Shown here piece by piece: positions 57,375 to 64,000 of a stretch of DNA of 64,000 nt. The DNA is from Paraspadella gotoi (Eukaryota > Animalia > Chaetognatha). The notes beneath the pieces are model-generated. The model ran no database searches. It saw only the letters and a program-made list of their open reading frames with translations, and was not told the DNA's origin. A program made the position numbers and the translations under genes. The stretch covers positions 11,944,896 to 12,008,895 of the forward strand of contig CM119269.1 of assembly GCA_051294375.1 (NCBI GenBank), read 5' to 3'. Positions within the stretch are counted from its first letter, which is position 1, and every line of letters starts with the position of its first letter.

Positions 57375-60300
57375 TTTTTGTCTTAAATTGAAAGTATCCC
57401 TGTCTGAATATAAATTTCTTTTCTAAATAATTTGCCTGTTCTAAAATCGGATATCGTGTGGCGCAGGTCACAAAACCTTTTCACAATTTACTATTTCATT
57501 CAGATAATCTCAATCTTCACCATCACTGGAGTTAACAAACTCCCACTCTCTACCCGAAGCCCCTTACAGTATGGTTGACAAAAATCCTCCAACCGTTTAT
57601 CAGCGGCCATTGGTACAGGAGGCAAGTCATTCGCCTCCCAACCCAAAGGTCCGGGGTTCTAGCCCGGTGGTCGCTTAGCAGTTGAGAGGGACGGGGCGCT
57701 TAACCCGCCTGTAACATGGTGTTACAGCCTGATCCGAAGCTCAGGGACTGCTTTTATTGAACAGTTCTGTCTCTAACTCATAACAATAATTACTGTCTCT
57801 TCATTGGTGAGCCCGACTTCCGAACACAACAGCAAAGACAACACTTTCAGGCGACATGCCTCAACCTGGCGATGCACTTTCCGCCAACAACACATTAGGC
57901 GACATGCCTCAACTTGGTGACGAACTCATAACCATTATTACTGGCTTTTCAACAGTTAACTTTTTTCGATGAAATCCCGGCTTTTCTTCGGATGTATTAT
58001 AATTATTTATTATAAATTATTATAAATTATTATTATTATTTATTATAAATTCAATAAATAGGCGATCTTGCCCCCGACTTTGAACTATAGTAGATTTCAT
58101 GGCTGAAAATAGCCTAGCAAACGCTAACACCCTATATTCTTTTAATGAAGACTCTCGCACAGTCCAGTTTATTCACTCCCACATTACTTCCTTATGAAGT
58201 GGAATATTATTTTCAATTGCAATATAAAAGGACCGGATCCTCGAGTATTATATCGCTATTGTTACCGACTCCTACCTTGAGATCTTGCATGTGCGTGCTG
58301 ACGAGAACGCTCCGAAGTTTAGAAAAGTCGGAATGCTTGGGGTTTTCCACCTCGACGATGCCCCACGGATATTGTCGTCCTCGGACGCGTTTCCCGTTAA
58401 CCTCCAGAATTTGATTAGAACCGATGACAGCGAATGGAATGGCTTGCTTCAATTCTTCGTCCTGGATTAAAGATAAATTACAGATGGAACACTTTGTAAC
58501 AGGTGTCACAGATGTAAAAGCGAAGATTTACTAATAGTTTACAGCGATTATTGAAAGATATGGACCATTGGAAAATGGACAATAGTCAAAATGTGAGTAA
58601 CGAATTTATTTCCAAGTATTTCAAAATTTTGACATAAAATTAATTAATTCATAAACTTCCGTATATAAAAAAAACGTAAATGAAAACGTAAGTGGAAAAC
58701 GAAGGCATACGAAAGGACTTTTCAAGGACGTACCCTTTCTTCTTCTGACCCAGAAAAATAACAATTTTGGGATGTTGTGGCAACCGATAAGACTTAGTCA
58801 GATCAGAATAATTTTATTCGCAACAAGAGACAAAACGTGAATGAAGGAAATATCAGGAGATGCTAAGTCTAAATTCATAACAAAGGATAAACGGTTAAGC
58901 CAGTTGGTGAATAAGGTCAATGACCTAAGAAACGATGGTAAGTGAAATGAGGGAGAAAGAGTTCATGCGTGTTCTTAGTGAGGAGAGATATCGGTTGACC
59001 ACAATGTTTTCTTGGTAAGGCTTAGGGTAAGTCGCCTCAACTTACTTGCTTTTTGTAATCTTCGTCTTCGTCGGAATCGCAATCGGGAAATTGATAAATG
59101 CGAATTTCTTCGTCAGCGAGTTGACTGCGCACCTAAAAACCAAATCATTAAATTAACGTATAAAATTATATGTTAATATTAAAATTATTTTATTATATTG
59201 TCACCGACCTTGGGCTTATTGTCTACTTTAACTGAGAAGCCCTGTGTGACATCGAGAATTTCATGAGATTCTATTTTGATCCTTCACACTGTAGTTATAA
59301 GATATCCGCATCGAGCTTCCTTTATCTTTTTCCATAAAAGGTATTCGTTCTCACATCATAAATCAGAAGCCTTATCAATTCAAAAAGGTCACAGCTACTA
59401 CAACCGTGACACCTCTACATATCACTTTTTACTTTCTGTTAGAGGAGATTTAAATGAATAAAATAAGATCGTAAAGTGAAATTAGTATAGGAAAAACATT
59501 CTGAGTTCTAAATCACGTGTATTAGGTTCTGAGGAAGAGTCAAGTAGGAGGAGGAAGAGGAATTGAAAACATTGGAATTTACAACTTTAAAAAATCTTTA
59601 AAAAAACGTAAAGTTTGGAACATAAATGAAAGAAAGAATACATGTATTAGTAAAGAATGCTCTAAAGGATCTGGCCTAAGGGGTTTAATAAGGATTGTAA
59701 CTATTGTTCGGTCGAATACACATTCTCGTTTCGATCGACCTCGCTGATTAATTATTATTTATTATTTATCATTCACATTGACTCACCTTAGCTTTGAGTT
59801 TCTGAATTTCTTTCATCGTCATTGTGTCGGCTTTCGCGATGACGGGAATGATATTGACTTTGTTGTGTAATCTCTTAAATGATAAATGACAAAAAGAGAT
59901 TACTGGTTAATCTTGCGTTATTTATAAACCCTCGGACAGAAAAGAAAACATTGGAATCGTCTTTATGGATTCAATTTTACGTTTAAAAACCTTTTCCCCC
60001 CCAACATATTTGTAAACATTTTTAGCACCTACAATTGAACAAACAGAAATTGGCCATTATTTCAACGTGGTGTAGATAAGATCCCCTACATGGTGACAAT
60101 TTTACAAGCGCCGGTAGAAATACGCTGTCATTTGCAAACCAGTGGTTATTTCATTGATTTTAAAATTTAGTTGAATAGAAAATACTAAAACTATTTTTGT
60201 GTTAAAATTTTATATTGATCAGTTAAGATATGCCTTGACAATGAGTGGAGAAAGTTGGCTTGTAAAATCGGGTTTCATTTTCCAACTCACTTTTTTTAGA

Positions 60301-63300
60301 TTCAATTTTTTCTCTTACTTTCAGTGAGTTTTTTGAAAAAATTTGAAATAAAATAGTATTAATTTTATTATCTTCTGAAAGCCCTTTCATATCTAAAAAG
60401 AATGACGTACTTACAAATACTGTAGTATAAAATTTAACTGGCCCAGCTTTAATTTAATTAGGATACTCAAAAACGAGACATCTTTTTAAAAATCAATAGC
60501 TGGAGAGTAAATTTATGATATTTATCAAATGGTGATTGGCTATCTTAAATCCTTTTTTCTCAGGCTCTTTCATGATACTTATATATAATAATTTTTTATG
60601 TTATAATAATTTAAACAGGTCATATATTTTGAAAAAAGATTTAAAATTTTAAATAATTCACTTTTAATACTCTTAATTGAACCAAGACTGGGCACTGGGC
60701 AGCTCACTTTTTATGTTAGAGCTTTCGTAAGTATATCATTCTCTTCATATTTTTAAGGGCTTTCTGAGGATATTAATATTATTAATATTTTGATAAACAC
60801 TTTGTTAAAAAAGTGTTAAAAGTTTAAAAAAAATTGATTTTAAAAACAGTGAGTTAGAAAATGAAACCCGATTTTACAAGTCAACTTTCTCCACTCATTG
60901 TCAAGCCATATCTTAACTCATCACTATAAAATTTTAACACATAAATAGTTTTAGTATTTTCTACTCAAATAATTTTTAAAATAAAAAAATAACCACTGGT
61001 TTATAAATGACAGCGTATTTCTACCGGCGCTTGTAAAATTGTCACCATGTATATGAGCTAATTCATTGCTTTGCCTAATATTTTGCAATTCTTTAACTGA
61101 CCTTCATGAAGACCTTGTCTATTGGTCGCAGCCCGTGGCCAATGGGGGAAATAAAGTAGAGGCAACAGTGAACTCGGTTGTCTTGAATGTTTTTGCGGTT
61201 GAGACCAGATTCGTCCTGTTGTCATCGAAAAACAAAACAAAATAATTCCAAGAGCAAAGTTATATATTTTTCAGATTTTCTTCTCGTTGAATATACATAT
61301 GATTCTATTCTAAAAAAATCGTTGAAGTTTCTCTCTCTGTTCGAAAATGTTCTCAACAAAAAAGACAATAAGAGATCGAAAACAAAAAATATAAGAAATT
61401 AAAGGAATTGGGAATGTCACCAGAAAATGAAAATCTGACGGATAAAAGATAGAAATCTGCCGTTTTAGGTTCTCGAATTCCATCCAATATTGAATATAAT
61501 TATAATTATTAAAACGTTATATATCATTAACTAAAGCATTTACCTTAAAATACTGCTCGAACTGGCTATCGATGAAAGCCTCCACCGGCTCCCAACATTC
61601 CTCGTTATTGACGGCGTCTCCGAATCCCGGTGTGTCTACGATGGTGAGACGGAGTTTGACGCCGCGTTCCTCGATCTCCAACATCTTCTTCTCGATGTTG
61701 ACGGTCTTGTCGATGCGCTCCTCCACGCCCAACAGTTTACGGTCTTTGTAGAGATCTGTCGAGAAAGGATTTTCGCCGAGGGAGGGGGGGAAGTCACGGT
61801 GAATAGTTCGAGAAGGAATTTGTGATGTGTGAAAGTTGTCATTATTTGACGAAAGCTCCCTATTTCATTTCTTGAATCTTGAGCTCAATTTTTATCCTGT
61901 TATCTAATCTTAATCTTTTACCAAACCTCCAACCTAAACTCTAACCCTAATTCGTGACTTAATAACTTAATAATTTAATAACATAATTATTAATTAGGAA
62001 TCCTTAACCCTGACAATTATGCGTAACCTTAAACCACTATCCTTAACCCTAATCCCTGACCAGTGACCAACTCCCTAACCAAACCCCTCACCTCACTCTC
62101 ACCTCTGATCTAATCTTTAAATTTAAAATCTGACCCAATACTGATATTAAGCATAAATGGGACGCTTTAGTAATATACTATCTAGGAAAAACTATGCTCT
62201 TATACAGCAAATTGAGGTGTGACAGTGAAATGTTTTTCGGCATCTTTAACACAATTCTTTTTACCCTCGATGTTGATGTTGAGCATCTTTCCCTCTTTTC
62301 TGAGAGCTATAATAACATTTTTTTGAAGCAGAAATGGTGGAAAACTAAATATAATTTTTTTGCTATTTTTCATTTGAAGTAACAATATTTTTTTGCCTGT
62401 AACTTCTAAACGATTTGATCTACAAAAAAAATAAAAGAAAGCTACTAAAAAGAAATTCAATGTAGATTCGGAATTTTTTAAATTTGATTTTAAATCAAAT
62501 AAGTTTTTGAGTAGATATCTTTTATTAAAAATGTGATATACTTTTAGATAGTATGTCGAAAAAGTTGGTACCTGTCAAAAACATGCTGTTGGTAAGAGTT
62601 GATTTCCCGAGTCCAGATTCGCCAACGACCATGAGAGTGAAATCGAAGCCGCGTTTCACCGATTTGCGATGAATCTATTATGAATTCATGCTGTGAGATA
62701 TGCATAGCAGATATTTTTGTACGAGAACTTGCTAAGTTTTAAAACGATGTTCAAGTTTAGGAAAAGGTGACTTTTTTCTTTATTTCTTTCGGTCTAGTTA
62801 GTTCATTTATTTATTTATTTATTTATTGATTTATATATATATATTTATTTATTGTTTCTTTGTTTTCTTTGTTTTCTTTATTTTTTCTTCTTTATTTATT
62901 TTTTCTTTCTTTCTGTACTTATTTTTTTCTTTCTTTCTTTTCTTTCTTTCTTTTATTTATTTCCTTATTTCTTTCCCTATTTCTTTTCTTTCTTTTCTTT
63001 ATTTCTTTCCATTTTTCTTTCCGTCCCATTCACCTGTTCAGGGAGGGTGGCGAATCCGATCCCAATGCCCGACGATGCGTCGCCCTCCTCTCTACTTCCG
63101 GCATCCAATCTGTCCGCGGATCTTTCGCGACTGAACCTGTCATAAATTATAGACATTATGAGTGATCAAATGACTGATAATTGATGAATCGCAGGTTAAT
63201 TTAATGACAGCCATAGTGAATGATAAAAAAAGATAACACGACTGATAAATGACAGCCAAAATAACAACAGTTTATTGTCAAACCAAAATTTTTTGTCACT

Positions 63301-63739
63301 GTTAAAAACAATCTATATTTAATGATAACACCGTTAGAAAAGAAAACTAAATTAAATTCATCGCCAAAAAATACGAAAAAAAAACCGTTCGATTCCAAAG
63401 CTAATTTTGTGTTGAGGCCGCATATTTGCCTTTGTTTTTAATTTTTAAGTCATAATTTTAACCCGCAGATAAGTTTAATGTTTCATTGTTTTGTTAAAAC
63501 ATTACATCAGGATTTTACGAAACGATTTAGATAGCAGACAAGGCGAAAACAAAGGACTGAATTTTTTTTGACGATTGAAGCGGTTGACGTAAACTGAATA
63601 ACATCAAACAATGTATATTGTAAAATGTCTTCAGATAATACCTGGTGCTGGCCGTTGGAGTTCCGTAGCTCCTAGCGTCTCTCAATGACTCGCTACTTCT
63701 CAAGTGGCTCCTCGAATAAGACGACGATGACGACGACAT
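56677..63739 (-). CDS. Septin, SEPT2 group (SEPT4/5-like), about 10 exons
   Basis: IGFATLPEQ|[114 protein letters not shown]; stop at 56677. The first exon and start are less certain. Confidence 0.92.
57568..57927 (+). mobile_element. TRIM-B: full LTR (57568-57803), PBS TGGTGAGCCCGAC (57805) and truncated internal region
   Basis: Colinear with 40160-40389 (reverse complement) and with 51301-51440. Confidence 0.85.
57603..57674 (+). ncRNA. tRNA-Gly(CCC)-like Pol III unit inside the TRIM-B LTR (not a functional tRNA)
   Basis: Acceptor GCGGCCA/TGGTCGC, A-box-like TGGTACAGGAGG, ATTCGCCTCCCAA anticodon region, T-arm CCGGG-GTTCTAG-CCCGG. The anticodon stem pairs poorly. Confidence 0.7.
60089..61049. 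mobile_element. Tc1/mariner-type foldback MITE in a septin intron
   Basis: TA|CATGGTGACAATTTTACAAGCGCCGGTAGAAATACGCTGTC...GTCACCATG|TA; arms pair for several hundred bp. Confidence 0.88.
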
Positions 63740-64000
63740 AATTCGTGAGCGGAATTAAAAAAATCTGATCACGTCGAAGGAATATTTTCGATGTCTCTCT
63801 CTCTCTATCGTTTCCTATTAAGTTAGGGGTTCGACAGAAACGTCTTGCGATCCCTCAATCTCTCACTCGCTTCGTAGGAATCCAGGATATTTTTCAACAT
63901 TAAACAGGCGAAAATTGGCGAATCGGTTGAGTTTTACGCCTTACGAAAATATTTACTCGAAAAGTGTTAGGCGAAGCATAAGTTTTTTTCTTTCTTAATC

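Overview
AT-rich, intron-containing eukaryotic DNA, most likely from an invertebrate animal. From 2 to 16.3 kb, four compact + strand genes lie head to tail: the 3' end of a RABEPK-like kelch gene, ARL3, WDR19/IFT144 and an ELOVL4-like elongase. From 16.3 to 39 kb the sequence is mostly repeats and contains a stranded M1 aminopeptidase fragment. From 39.9 kb a myosin IX-like gene (RA domain plus start of the motor) runs on +. It carries an antisense CFAP97D1-like gene in intron 2 and apparently an antisense SEPT4/5-like septin in a later intron. The most notable non-coding content is mobile: (i) two families of miniature LTR elements (TRIMs) with Pol III/tRNA-like LTRs, an extended tRNA-Trp-like PBS and a shared long-range pairing between the LTR end and the internal region, one nested in the other; (ii) several Penelope-type minimal hammerhead ribozyme elements in inverted-repeat form with TSDs; (iii) Helentron/DINE-like elements and hAT and Tc1/mariner MITEs, often nested. 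All homology calls come from reading the sequence and recalling family motifs, not from database searches. Some coordinates may be off by a few bases.
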